From contig JAPDJH010000016.1 in NCBI GenBank assembly GCA_029259175.1, positions 1 to 43,489 of the forward strand: DNA of 43,489 nt. The letters are read 5' to 3'. This DNA comes from Hadesarchaea archaeon. GTDB lineage: Archaea; Hadarchaeota; Hadarchaeia; Hadarchaeales; Hadarchaeaceae. The position numbers and the translations under genes were made by a program. Below are positions 17,620 to 27,277 of the stretch, one piece after another; the stretch's first letter is position 1, and each line of letters opens with the position of its first letter. Below the pieces are notes generated by a model. The model made no database searches. It saw only the letters and a program-made list of their open reading frames with translations, and had not been told where the DNA came from.

Positions 17620-18309
17620 ATGCGAGAGCTATGGAAACGAATGGCGGCAGAGCGGGCGGCACAGGAGGTTTCCCGTGGCATGGTGGTCGGATTAGGGTCT
17701 GGGACGACGATGGCCGAAGTTGTGAAAATATTGGGAAAGAGTCGGGTGAGGGCCACGTTTATCCCTGCATCCAAATTCATCGAACGAATAGCGAAAAAAC
17801 GAGGACTGAGGCTCTCCACCTTAGAAATTCACTCTGACTTGGATTTACACCTAGATGGTGCCGATGAGGTCGACCCGCGGTTTCATATGATCAAGGGACG
17901 CGGCGGGGCGATGGCCCGGGAAAAGATTTTGGCTAAAGCCGCGAGGCGAGTGGTCATCGTCGTTGATAAGACCAAGCTTGTCAGACGACTTGGTAAGCAT
18001 GCGCCCGTACCTGTCGAGGTACTGCCGTTTGCAGTGGGCCCAATCAGAAAGAAGCTTCACGAGTTCGGAAAGCCGATGCTTAGAGTACGATCTGGTGGGC
18101 GGCCGTATCTCACGGATAATGGGAACTACATCTTTGATCTCAAGTGCAGGCAGTTGTCTGACCCTCAAAAACTAGAGCGAGAACTGAACGCGATTCCCGG
18201 TGTTGTGGAAAACGGGATCTTTGTCGGGCTGGTGGACGAGTTGGTGGTTGGTCATGAAGGAGGGGTTAGCGTTTTCAAGTCGGGCAAGGAGATGGCAGAG
18301 TTCTTGTGA
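17620..18309 (+). CDS. rpiA: Ribose-5-phosphate isomerase A
   Basis: GLGSGTT, DGADEVD, IKGRGGA, REK, TDNGN, GVVENGIF. Confidence 0.96.
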   Translation: MRELWKRMAAERAAQEVSRGMVVGLGSGTTMAEVVKILGKSRVRATFIPASKFIERIAKKRGLRLSTLEIHSDLDLHLDGADEVDPRFHMIKGRGGAMAREKILAKAARRVVIVVDKTKLVRRLGKHAPVPVEVLPFAVGPIRKKLHEFGKPMLRVRSGGRPYLTDNGNYIFDLKCRQLSDPQKLERELNAIPGVVENGIFVGLVDELVVGHEGGVSVFKSGKEMAEFL

Positions 18310-18356
18310 TTTGCTGGATATGGGACGTGCTCGAAGTTCTCGGGTGATTTCCCACA

Positions 18357-18378
18357 TTTGTTTTTTTTAAAAAACAAA
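18357..18378. terminator. T-rich inverted repeat, likely terminator after rpiA
   Basis: TTTGTTTTTT-TT-AAAAAACAAA. Confidence 0.45.
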
Positions 18379-18385
18379 ACTCAGA

Positions 18386-18538
18386 AAAGAGGATATCAAA
18401 CACCTGAACTATTTCTTGACCAAATATGGGGAGAAACTTGGGATAAAGAAGGCGTATGTGATCACCAGAGACGAGGAGGGGTGATGGGGCAGGATACGGC
18501 TGGTTCCGATGTGGAAGCTCTGCCTTAGGGGGTTATGA
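18386..18538 (+). pseudogene. C-terminal remnant of an AAA+/DUF4143-type ATPase
   Basis: KEDIKHLNYFLTKY...KAYVITRDEEG*WGRIRLVPMWKLCL resembles the typical tail; internal TGA and no start. Confidence 0.5.
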
Positions 18539-18557
18539 TCCATCGGGCGATCGCCTC

Positions 18558-19184
18558 TCATTTGAAAACTTCACCAGTTTCCATCGACCAAAAGAGCAAG
18601 TCCAGCTCTCCCATGGATATGCCCACTTGTTTTGCAAACTTTTTCATTTGCTGTTCGATTTCCAGATATCTCTTGGGCGTTAGAGGAGCAATTCTGGAGA
18701 TTACACCGTGTTTCTTCAGATTCTTTAGCACGTGTCTATCCAGAATTGCCAGCTCGCTCGAATAGCCTATGTTGCGCAGAAAATGGCTGGCCTCTTTGTA
18801 GCCGAGTCCTTTCACGTGTTTTACAAGCCACTTGCGAGCCTCTTCAGGTGTTGAAAAGCCAGCAAGCACTTTCGCAATTTTTCCGCGCAGTAGTGAGACA
18901 GCGCGCTGAATGCGCTGTGCTTTGTTGTGTCGGAATCTCACGCCGGTCAATTCTTGCTCGATTTTTTCCGTATCAGGCAAGTCGAGCAGGCCCTTTTCCT
19001 TCAGCCTTTCCACGGCCTGCCAGCAGATCTTGGCCTTTGATTGCGGCGTTAGCAGACAGAACACTAGCTCTTCCAGCATGCGTTGTTCGTCTCGTGTTTC
19101 CCACAAGCGTTGGAACTCGCGGAGACGCGTTTTGATTTCGTTTTTTCGTTTCTCGTACTCCGCTCGGAGTTCCTCTGGGCTCAT
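18558..19184 (-). CDS. ogg: 8-oxoguanine DNA glycosylase/AP lyase
   Basis: ELVFCLLTPQS, VRF, VKGLGYKEASHFLRNIG, AILDRH, LDLLFW, terminal K. Confidence 0.95.
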   Translation of the reverse strand: MSPEELRAEYEKRKNEIKTRLREFQRLWETRDEQRMLEELVFCLLTPQSKAKICWQAVERLKEKGLLDLPDTEKIEQELTGVRFRHNKAQRIQRAVSLLRGKIAKVLAGFSTPEEARKWLVKHVKGLGYKEASHFLRNIGYSSELAILDRHVLKNLKKHGVISRIAPLTPKRYLEIEQQMKKFAKQVGISMGELDLLFWSMETGEVFK

Positions 19185-19246
19185 CCCTTCTTATTGCTCG
19201 CCTCTGGTTTTAAGTGAAAAGAATGAGTAGCTTTAGAGGTGGAGCG

Positions 19247-20185
19247 ATGGGGAGAGGCGTGGGTTTTGGAAAAGTCATTCTTTTCAACGAGCACTTTGTT
19301 GTTCATGGAGTACCGGGCATTGCCGCGGCTCTAGATAAGCGTCTTGTGTGTGAGACGGTGCTTGAGCCTGGTCAGGGGTGGGTGCTGGACGATCTTCGAG
19401 ATCCGGAGCTGAAGCAAGGTTTCGAACGCGAATGGGACAAATTCAAGGGTGCTGTTGATGCAATCCTGGGAGCTGCGGGCGTGGACACCTCCGCAAACCG
19501 CATTCGGATACGTCTGCGTGGAGACGTGCTTCCAGCGAGCGGAATGGGATGGAGCGCAGCGTTTTCGGTGGCGCTAGCTCGCGCAGTCGCGGACGAATTC
19601 GGGCTAAACCTCACGGACGAGCAAATCTTCCAGCTAGCGCTGGAAGGTGAACGCGTTTATCACGGGCTTCCTTCAGGCATCGATCCGCTGGTCGCTACTG
19701 TGGGTGGGGTCGTGTGGTTCGTAAAGGATAAGCCCAATCGCTTCGAGAAGCTCAAGCTGCCGATCCCTATGAGGATTGTGGTGGCCTACAGCGGCGTTCC
19801 TTCGGATACAGCAAAAGCTGTTGCTGGGGTCCGCGAACGCAAAGAGCAGTTTAAGCAGAAATATGACCAGATTTTTGAGGAGGCAAATGCTTTGGTGAAT
19901 GAGGCGAAAGCTGCGCTGGGGTCTGGCAACTGGGAGCGTGTAGGAGAACTCATGAATCGCAATCACCGTCTGCTACAGGAGATAGAAGTATCCTGCGAGG
20001 TGCTGGACCGAATGGTAGGTCTGGCGCGAAGCGCTGGTGCGCTGGGAGCCAAGCTCACGGGAGGCGGGCTTGGGGGATGTGTTGTTGCACTCACGCCCGA
20101 TGAGGAACTACAGGAGCAGGTGGCGCAGAAATTCGATGAAGCAGGATATCGGGCCGTACGAGCGCTGGTTGGAGGCAGCACATGA
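19247..20185 (+). CDS. mvk: Mevalonate kinase
   Basis: GKVILFNEHFVVHG, PASGMGWSAA, HGLPSGID, GAKLTGGGLGG. Confidence 0.92.
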   Translation: MGRGVGFGKVILFNEHFVVHGVPGIAAALDKRLVCETVLEPGQGWVLDDLRDPELKQGFEREWDKFKGAVDAILGAAGVDTSANRIRIRLRGDVLPASGMGWSAAFSVALARAVADEFGLNLTDEQIFQLALEGERVYHGLPSGIDPLVATVGGVVWFVKDKPNRFEKLKLPIPMRIVVAYSGVPSDTAKAVAGVRERKEQFKQKYDQIFEEANALVNEAKAALGSGNWERVGELMNRNHRLLQEIEVSCEVLDRMVGLARSAGALGAKLTGGGLGGCVVALTPDEELQEQVAQKFDEAGYRAVRALVGGST

Positions 20186-21420
20186 GATTTCGAGATGTGG
20201 TAAAATTTTTGGAGCGCAGGGGCTGTCTGTTGCGTGTCTCAACACCAGTTAATCCAAAAATAGTTGCGGCTAGAGTAGCCATGGCCAATGCGGATAAGGC
20301 AGTTCTTTTTGAACGCATAATAGGCGCTGATTTTCCTGTGGCCACGAACGTTTACGGTTCGCGCGAAATCTTGGCTGAGCTTCTGAACACCTCGATTATA
20401 GGGCTGAAGCGAAAAATCTTACATGCGATTCGGCGTCCGCGTCCTCCGAGGCTCACCAAGCCCCCCGTTTATGAGTCGATAGGCCCTGATTTGCGCAGGC
20501 TTCCGGTCCTACAACACTATTCGGCAGACGCTGGGCGCTACATAACAGCCGGGGTAGTGGTCGTACAACACCGGCGCTGGGGAGTTAATCTGTCCTATCA
20601 CCGAATGCTGGTCAAGGGCAAAAACCAGCTAGTACTGCGCGTGTTGCCACGCCATTTGCATCGCTTCTTGGAGGCGGGGGTGGAGCGAGCAGTGGTCGCG
20701 ATCGGAAACCCGCCCCAAGTCGCGATCGCTGGAGCAATTTCTGTCGAATTGGGTAAGAGTGAGCTCGATATCGCAAATGCAATCGCTGGTACAAAAGCTT
20801 TCGAAATCTGGGAACAAACGGTGCCAGAGGCTGAGATTCTTATGCTGGTTGAGTTCACAGGAGAGACCGCTAGGGAGGGACCCTTCGTGGATATTACGGG
20901 CACTGCGGATGTGATAAGGGAGCAACCAGTGGCAAGAGTTAAGGAGATTTTGGTTCGTCCGGGTGCCATTTACCACTCCATTGTTCCAGCAGGACCGGAG
21001 CACCGATTGCTCATGGGGATGCCGAAGGAGCCTGTGATAATGGATGCTGTGAATCGCGCGTGCAAGTGCTTGGACGTGCACGTTACTCCGGGCGGGTGTT
21101 CTTGGTTGCACGCCGTAGTAAAAATCCGGAAGCGCCGGGCACGCGATGGCAAACGGGCCATACGCGCGGCGTTTCGGGCCCATCGTTCGTTGAAGCATGT
21201 GTGGGTGGTCGACGAAGACATCGATATCTATGATCCACAACAGGTGGAGTGGGCGATGGCAACACGCTTCCAAGGCGATAAAGATCTTTTGGTGACACGA
21301 GAGCCCGGCTCTTCTTTAGATCCTTCGGCCGACCAGCGAACACGCATGACGACCAAGCTAGGTTTTGATTTGACGATTCCCAAAGCGGGCCGAGCCAGCG
21401 ACTTTCGAAAAGCGAGATAA
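20182..21420 (+). CDS. UbiD-family decarboxylase (probable anhydromevalonate phosphate decarboxylase)
   Basis: EGPF, VVDEDIDIYD, WAMATRFQ, SSLDPS; ATGA-coupled to mvk. Confidence 0.88.
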   Translation: MRFRDVVKFLERRGCLLRVSTPVNPKIVAARVAMANADKAVLFERIIGADFPVATNVYGSREILAELLNTSIIGLKRKILHAIRRPRPPRLTKPPVYESIGPDLRRLPVLQHYSADAGRYITAGVVVVQHRRWGVNLSYHRMLVKGKNQLVLRVLPRHLHRFLEAGVERAVVAIGNPPQVAIAGAISVELGKSELDIANAIAGTKAFEIWEQTVPEAEILMLVEFTGETAREGPFVDITGTADVIREQPVARVKEILVRPGAIYHSIVPAGPEHRLLMGMPKEPVIMDAVNRACKCLDVHVTPGGCSWLHAVVKIRKRRARDGKRAIRAAFRAHRSLKHVWVVDEDIDIYDPQQVEWAMATRFQGDKDLLVTREPGSSLDPSADQRTRMTTKLGFDLTIPKAGRASDFRKAR

Positions 21421-21503
21421 CTTGGCTTCAACAATTCATTGCGATTTTCTGCTTCTTCAGAAATCGATTTTTAATATTTGCTGAGTTGATGGCTTTACAC
21501 GAA

Positions 21504-23117
21504 TTAGTGCAAAACCATTCCAGTTATCCCATCGATTTCGAGTTTGCGCTTTGGAAAGCGCGCAATGTAGACAGGATAGTAAAACACTTCAAAACGCGTG
21601 AGATCGGCTGTTGGCTCTATGGCTTTGATCACCGGTCTGAGCACGTCTTCCTTGAGCTGGCACTCGAGAGGATTTGAGAGCTCTCCTTTGGGAGGCAACG
21701 TGAATTTTATTTGTTGTCCGAGCTTTGGGACGTGGATCTCTTTCAACGGAACATAGACGTTTGCTCTACCAACGCGCTTGTACGTAACCAATTTTCTTTC
21801 TTGAAGTTCCCGAATGACTTTTCTTATGGTGGATGAAGAAAATCCTGTTTTTTCCTCAAGCTCTGGAATACTCGCCTCTTTGGCTCTCACTAATTCTATG
21901 AGAACGCGAGCCTTTGTCTCGTCTAGTCCCAGCAGATCCTCGAACCCGCGCTTTCGCTTGAATCCTTTTTTGATATCTATTGCTGCGCCGTCTCGGCCAT
22001 CCAAGATAAAGGATGTGGTTTTCCAGCTTTTCCGAAGCAAGCCCTTCGCGTACTTGATTTCGACAAAGACTAAGGGGCGATGTTCGAGCTCAAAGCTGGT
22101 CAGCACTTCCTTGGGTCCGAACAGAAGGAAACGCTTTTTCTTTTTCATCTCGGCAAGGCGCATAGCGGACTGTTTGTCCAGTCGTGGTTGCAAAACGTAC
22201 CACTCCTTCGGCCGCTCTACCTTTGGCTCCACCAGTCTTGGTTTACTTATTTTTTCTGTTTTGGCCACCCCTTCACGGATTACGCCGGTTGCTCCCGACA
22301 GTCTTTCAGCGATTTCTGAAACTTTTCCGACCGGTTTGGGCAGGAGCTGTGGCGTGAATCCTTTGTGTGTGGTCTCGCGTTCTATGACTTTGATTTTCAG
22401 CTTTCTATCCGTAAGATTTCCGAGCACGAAGAATTCGCCTGGTTTTAATCGCGGAAGTTTCTCGAGCTCTTTTCTCGAGGTGAAGAAGAGGGAGACAGCG
22501 GCTAGATCCGCCTCGACTGTTAGCTTCCCGATTAGTTGGCTGTCGCATTGGCTTAAAATGTCTTTACTCAAAAATGCGGGGCGCTGAGTAGCGAGCAGCA
22601 ATCCCAGTCCACGTTTGCGTCCCCTTCGGCTTATTTCCCAGAGTTCTAGGAGCGGTTTTCCGCGCTGTGGAGCGAACTTATCAGCCTCTTCGATGATGAG
22701 CAGATAAGGGGTGCGGAGCTCTGATTCTGCAGTATACAGCGCGTGACAAAGTTCGGATACCCGTTTCCGCTCGTCTAGGATTTCCGAGGTGTCGAATATG
22801 ATGGGGACGTTTTCTTTTACGGCCATCGTGGTGAGCTGGTGGAGATCCACGTCATCTGCGTCTAGATCAGCCGCGGGATCCTTTCCCACCCACAAAAGCT
22901 GGAATTTCTCCTTGAGGCTGAAATACTCTCCTTCGGTGTCAACGATGCAGAAACCCACACCGGCTTTGCACAGCTGCTCGCAGATCACGCCAATGGTCCA
23001 GCTTTTTCCTGATCCGCTCTGTCCGATCACGGCTGTACGTCCGGTTACCAAAGTCTGAGCTTTTACCCGAAATTCCTCACCCTTGGATCTGCCTAGGAGT
23101 ATCAAGGGGCCTTCCAT
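21504..23117 (-). CDS. HerA/DUF87 (FtsK-HerA) ATPase with C-terminal winged HTH
   Basis: GQSGSGKS, DTEGEY, IIEEAD, RRGRKRG, ATQRPA; ASIPELEEKTGFSSSTIRKVIRELQERKLV wHTH. Confidence 0.85.
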   Translation of the reverse strand: MEGPLILLGRSKGEEFRVKAQTLVTGRTAVIGQSGSGKSWTIGVICEQLCKAGVGFCIVDTEGEYFSLKEKFQLLWVGKDPAADLDADDVDLHQLTTMAVKENVPIIFDTSEILDERKRVSELCHALYTAESELRTPYLLIIEEADKFAPQRGKPLLELWEISRRGRKRGLGLLLATQRPAFLSKDILSQCDSQLIGKLTVEADLAAVSLFFTSRKELEKLPRLKPGEFFVLGNLTDRKLKIKVIERETTHKGFTPQLLPKPVGKVSEIAERLSGATGVIREGVAKTEKISKPRLVEPKVERPKEWYVLQPRLDKQSAMRLAEMKKKKRFLLFGPKEVLTSFELEHRPLVFVEIKYAKGLLRKSWKTTSFILDGRDGAAIDIKKGFKRKRGFEDLLGLDETKARVLIELVRAKEASIPELEEKTGFSSSTIRKVIRELQERKLVTYKRVGRANVYVPLKEIHVPKLGQQIKFTLPPKGELSNPLECQLKEDVLRPVIKAIEPTADLTRFEVFYYPVYIARFPKRKLEIDGITGMVLH

Positions 23118-23167
23118 CTATTAGACCTGGGTCTGCAGGCTAAAAAACTGGGCAGTTCCGCGTTGGC

Positions 23168-23458
23168 TCATCCCTTCCAGAGCCCCAGCGCCAGGCCGAC
23201 CAAGAAGGCTCCGGAGGAGTACGGAATGACGTTCACCCAGTCTTTAGCGGCGCTGGTTATGGTCGGCAGGTACCGCATCGCACTCTCGCGCACGCTTTCG
23301 AACGACAGCGAGCCGGTGGCAATCAGCAGGATCACCAGCGCAGCGAGGGCCGTGAGCAGCTTCATGGCGCGCCTGATGATGGCGCCGACCAGCAATCCCA
23401 TGAGGAAGGGCAGCGCCAGCGGGACAAGCCACGCGAGTTCTGGTGGAACTGACATCAA
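23168..23458 (-). CDS. Small membrane protein, FUN14-like
   Basis: PFLMGLLVGAIIRRAMK and GAFLVGLALGLWKG pattern. Confidence 0.7.
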   Translation of the reverse strand: MMSVPPELAWLVPLALPFLMGLLVGAIIRRAMKLLTALAALVILLIATGSLSFESVRESAMRYLPTITSAAKDWVNVIPYSSGAFLVGLALGLWKG

Positions 23459-23499
23459 AATGACTAGGACGGAGCGGGTTTAAATTATTCGAAAGCCGC

Positions 23500-23907
23500 T
23501 CAAAATCTTCTGGGCAACGGTCCGCGGTCGAAGTCTCTGTCAGCTGAGAGGATCTCCGCACATTTATGACGTAGAGCCGTTTCGAGGTGAACGGCATCCT
23601 CGAAATCGAGCCCGTAGCGTTCCACATGCCTTAAGGCCCTTTTGCAAATGCTGCTCTCGAGGCGCACTATCCTGAGGTTCTGGATGCCCGCGATGCTCTC
23701 AATCATTCTTCTCGGGTCGTGTTTTTTGATCACTCCTGCTTTGAAGAGACTCTCCATCACCCAATTCACCTGTACGAGCGAAAGGGCAGAAGTGATAGCG
23801 GTATTTCCGGCCTCAATGCTCTCCACGAGTTTCATCGCCTTTTCTCCGTAAACCGGGTCAGAAACCAGCCAGTAGACAAGAACGTTTGTATCAACGTAAA
23901 CGGACAA
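23500..23907 (-). CDS. vapC: VapC PIN-domain toxin
   Basis: VYVDTNVLV, DFEDAVH, SADRDFD. Confidence 0.9.
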   Translation of the reverse strand: MSVYVDTNVLVYWLVSDPVYGEKAMKLVESIEAGNTAITSALSLVQVNWVMESLFKAGVIKKHDPRRMIESIAGIQNLRIVRLESSICKRALRHVERYGLDFEDAVHLETALRHKCAEILSADRDFDRGPLPRRF

Positions 23908-23917
23908 TCGAATCCCT

Positions 23918-24151
23918 CTAGAGTTCAGGCTTCATCTTTTTGAGTATCTCGTCCACGTCGCCAATCGGCTTGTTTGCCTTGAAGATTCCATATCCTCGCT
24001 CGGCCATTTTGGGAAGCGGTTCAACAGTTATTTTTCTCTTATCGACTTTCACCACGCACCGCACTGGCGGTTTGATCCCCACTTTTTTCAGGATTCTTCC
24101 TATCGCCAATCTGCCCCTCTTGTCGATCTTCGCCACTTTTGTGATCGACAT
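23918..24151 (-). CDS. vapB: AbrB/MazE-type antitoxin (VapB)
   Basis: KIDKRGRLAI swapped-hairpin motif; directly upstream of vapC; GGTGG RBS before ATG 24151. Confidence 0.8.
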   Translation of the reverse strand: MSITKVAKIDKRGRLAIGRILKKVGIKPPVRCVVKVDKRKITVEPLPKMAERGYGIFKANKPIGDVDEILKKMKPEL

Positions 24152-24268
24152 CTTTCCCACCACCACTCGGTTCCCCTTCTTTTTATAAATTGCCCTCAAA
24201 TTAAATAAGGGTTAATTAAAACATCCCTAGTTTCAAATGAGGTCTATCGTAGCAATTTAAAAAGACGT

Positions 24269-25660
24269 TTGAATTTCAAGAAAATTTTGGGGCTGATTCC
24301 TGTGGAGGAAAGACCCACGGTCTCATTAAAGGAATGGGAACGCGTAGCGGCCCACACTCACATAACCGGTCTGGGTCTTGAGAACGGAAAAGCAAAACCA
24401 GTGGCGGCTGGAATGGTCGGTCAGACCAAGGCCCGTGAAGCGGCTGGACTGGTGGTCGAACTCGTGCGCAAAGGCAAGTTCGCCGGACGCGCTGTTCTTC
24501 TAGCTGGACCTCCAGGAACCGGTAAAACCGCGCTTGCGATCGCGATTGCCAAAGAACTCGGCCGCGACGTCCCCGTAGTTCCGCTCACAGCTTCAGAGAT
24601 ATATTCAGCAGAAATCAAGAAAACCGAGTTCCTTACCCAGGCCCTCCGCCGTGCTATCGGGGTACGCATTCGCGAAATGCGCCGGGTATACGAGGGAAAA
24701 GTGGAGGAACTCTCCCTCCGCCAGGAGCCCCACCCGTACAATCCATACGTCAAGGTACCCGTAGGAGGAACCATTAAACTTGCAACGAAGGATTCTTCTC
24801 AGAAGCTTTCCATGGACCAGTCTTTTGCCATATCCTTGCTCCGCCAAGGGGTAGAAACGGGCGACGTGATTCAGATCGACATCGACGGTGGGCGAGTGGT
24901 GAAGCTGGGCAGATCTAAGGAAGCCGCCGAGAAAGAGAAACTCGATCTTTCTGCCGTGCCCGTGGTGGAAGTTCCAGACGGGCCGGTGCTCAAAAACAAG
25001 GAGTTCGTTTATACCGTTACCCTGCACGATCTCGACCTAGCACACTCCCGTAGCGAGGTGAGCTTTTTCGGTTTGCTTTTCGGCGGTGAGGGACGAAAGG
25101 AGATCTCAGCGGAGACCCGGTCGACGGTCGACGAAACGGTGAAGGAGTGGGTGGAGCAGGGGCGCGCGGAGATATTGCCCGGTGTGGTGTTCATCGACGA
25201 ATGCTCTATGCTGGATATCGAGACTTTTGCATTTCTTGGCCGCGCGATGGAGCAAGAACTTTCCCCGATTATCATCTTCGCAACCAACCGCGGCGTCACC
25301 ACTGTCCGTGGCACCGATTTCAAGGCTCCGCACGGAATGCCATTGGATCTGCTCGATCGTCTGCTCATCATCACGACCCACCCGTACTCAAAGGAGGAAA
25401 TCTTGGAGATCCTGAAGATCCGTGCAAAAACTGAAAAAATCAACCTCTCCAAAGAAGCACTCGAGTACTTGGCGGAGATCGGGGAGGCGAACTCTCTAAG
25501 GTATGCGGTTCAGCTCTTGGCTCCCGCCGCCGAAGTTGCGGGAGCTGAGAAGGCAAAGCAGGTGGGAAAGAAGCATGTGGAGCGCGTGCAGAGCCTGTTC
25601 GTGGATGTTTCCCGATCCGTCCAGCATCTCAGGGAATACGAGGAGCGGATGTTGAAGTGA
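24269..25660 (+). CDS. TIP49/RuvB-like AAA+ ATPase
   Basis: HTHITGLGL, GMVGQ, GPPGTGKTA, TVTLHDLD, FIDE, ATNRG, HGMPLDLLDR, SLRYAVQL. True start may be a few codons downstream. Confidence 0.95.
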   Translation: MNFKKILGLIPVEERPTVSLKEWERVAAHTHITGLGLENGKAKPVAAGMVGQTKAREAAGLVVELVRKGKFAGRAVLLAGPPGTGKTALAIAIAKELGRDVPVVPLTASEIYSAEIKKTEFLTQALRRAIGVRIREMRRVYEGKVEELSLRQEPHPYNPYVKVPVGGTIKLATKDSSQKLSMDQSFAISLLRQGVETGDVIQIDIDGGRVVKLGRSKEAAEKEKLDLSAVPVVEVPDGPVLKNKEFVYTVTLHDLDLAHSRSEVSFFGLLFGGEGRKEISAETRSTVDETVKEWVEQGRAEILPGVVFIDECSMLDIETFAFLGRAMEQELSPIIIFATNRGVTTVRGTDFKAPHGMPLDLLDRLLIITTHPYSKEEILEILKIRAKTEKINLSKEALEYLAEIGEANSLRYAVQLLAPAAEVAGAEKAKQVGKKHVERVQSLFVDVSRSVQHLREYEERMLK

Positions 25661-25674
25661 GGGGGCCCGGGGGT

Positions 25675-26013
25675 TCAGCCGGATTTAAAATAGCAGATGT
25701 GAAGCTTCTCGTTGTAGATTCTTGGCTCCGGGAGCTTCCTAGTCTGGCGGGGTGAAACGTTGTCGGCGCGGCTCCATCCGTGCATCCGTGCGTTGGCCTC
25801 GAACCCGAAGTCCAGCTTGAGCAGACAGCGGTGCATCTTTTGGAGCACACACTTCGTGTCTTGCTGAATCTCCTTGATCTCGTGCAGAAGCTTTAGGGTC
25901 TGACGGTTGGAATTTTCGATTATCCGCTGGGTCTGTCTGCTCGTCAGCCAGTTGGTGAGGAGGACTGGTAGGGTTATCCCGATCAAAGCCGTCAGGAGAT
26001 CCATCACACCCAT
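25675..26013 (-). CDS. Hypothetical protein with N-terminal TM helix and coiled coil
   Basis: MGVMDLLTALIGITLPVLLTNWL then a heptad-like segment; start at 26013 or 26004. Confidence 0.55.
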   Translation of the reverse strand: MGVMDLLTALIGITLPVLLTNWLTSRQTQRIIENSNRQTLKLLHEIKEIQQDTKCVLQKMHRCLLKLDFGFEANARMHGWSRADNVSPRQTRKLPEPRIYNEKLHICYFKSG

Positions 26014-26189
26014 ATTCTTTTCACTCGCTTCTATTTCTCCCTTTCTTCGCCTACGCTTCGCGTGGAGGTTGCTTATAAAGAAAGAATAAGCCTCTCCAAT
26101 CACATTCTGATGAGATGAAAAAAACATCTGCGGGAGCACTTAACAAAAGGTTAAAATCCCCTCTTCAGTTAAACCTCTCGGGTGATTGC

Positions 26190-26693
26190 ACGGAAAAGAC
26201 CCGATTGGTAGTGGCTTTCTTAGTATTGTGGGTGGCCTGGATATTGTTTACCATTTCGTTGGACCCTCAAGAACTAGCTGTTGGTGCTCTAATATCTTTC
26301 ATCGTTGCGTGGTTGACAGCACCCTTTCTGTTCCGCCATCCTCCCATCCGCCAGCTTCGCTTATCCCGGATCTTCAATGCGCTGATCTATCTTCCCACCT
26401 ATTTGATAGCAGAGATTAGAGCCCATCTGAAAGTGATCTACCTAATCCTTCATCCGCGCATGCCCATCCGCCCCGGAATAGTCAAAGTGCCCACAGCTCT
26501 CAAGACGGACTTCGGCATCACTGCGCTCGCTGACTCGATCACAATGACTCCGGGAACTTTGAGCGTAGATGTGAAGGAGTCCGAACCGGCCTTATATGTA
26601 CATTGGATCGATGTCAAATCCACGGATCCGCAGACGACGAGTGCCCAAGTGGCAAAGCCCTTCGAAAAGTATCTTTCGGAGGTGTTCGGATGA
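26190..26693 (+). CDS. mbhA: Mrp-Mbh subunit A (MnhE-like)
   Basis: PGIVKVP, LADSITMTPGTL, LYVHWIDV. Start uncertain (ACG 26190, TTG 26205 or ATG 26115). Confidence 0.9.
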   Translation, partial: TEKTRLVVAFLVLWVAWILFTISLDPQELAVGALISFIVAWLTAPFLFRHPPIRQLRLSRIFNALIYLPTYLIAEIRAHLKVIYLILHPRMPIRPGIVKVPTALKTDFGITALADSITMTPGTLSVDVKESEPALYVHWIDVKSTDPQTTSAQVAKPFEKYLSEVFG

Positions 26694-26953
26694 GTGCCGT
26701 CATATTTTTTGTAGCCGTTCTTGTGGTTTCCGCCTTTCTCTGTCTGCTCCGTGCAATTCTTGGTCCTTCAGCTCCAGACCGGGTGGTGGCCATAGACGCT
26801 CTGACCTCTCTGGTGGTGGGCGCACTCGCGCTGCTCGCTGTTTACTATCGGGCCTCCATTCTGTTGGACATAGCGTTGGTCTACGCTCTGCTGGCTTTTC
26901 TTGGAACTCTTGCTATTGCAAAATACTTGGAGGGGAGGAGGCTGGAAGAATGA
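26690..26953 (+). CDS. mbhB: Mrp-Mbh subunit B (MnhF-like)
   Basis: GPSAPDRVVAID, DIALVYALLAFLGTLAIAKYL. Confidence 0.92.
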   Translation: MSAVIFFVAVLVVSAFLCLLRAILGPSAPDRVVAIDALTSLVVGALALLAVYYRASILLDIALVYALLAFLGTLAIAKYLEGRRLEE

Positions 26954-27276
26954 TCGAGATGCTGGCGTACGCGCTGATGGCTTTAGGTGTTTTCTGCTCT
27001 CTAGTGGGCGGCGTGGGTTTGATACGCTTCCCCGACGTTTACACACGCTTGCACGCCAACACCGTCCTCGTGGTGGGCGGCGTGATGGTTTTGCTTTTAG
27101 CTACCGCCATATTTGCACACACTTGGTCTTTTTCCGTTAAAGCCATCCTTATCGCGGTGTTTCTTTTTATCACTAACCCCGTAGGTGCCCACGCTATTGC
27201 CCGTGCTGCCCACCGCTCTGGCGTTCCCCTCTGGAAAGAAAGTGTTTCAGATGCTCTCCGCGAGGAGGCGAAGTAA
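26950..27276 (+). CDS. mbhC: Mrp-Mbh subunit C (MnhG-like)
   Basis: RFPDVYTRLHA, TNPVGAHAIARAA. Confidence 0.92.
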   Translation: MIEMLAYALMALGVFCSLVGGVGLIRFPDVYTRLHANTVLVVGGVMVLLLATAIFAHTWSFSVKAILIAVFLFITNPVGAHAIARAAHRSGVPLWKESVSDALREEAK

Positions 27277-27277
27277 G

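Noticed and set aside
18728-18738. Partial match to the terminal palindrome (GCACGTGTCTA) inside ogg
   Set aside because: Half-site only, explained by the LDRHV codons.
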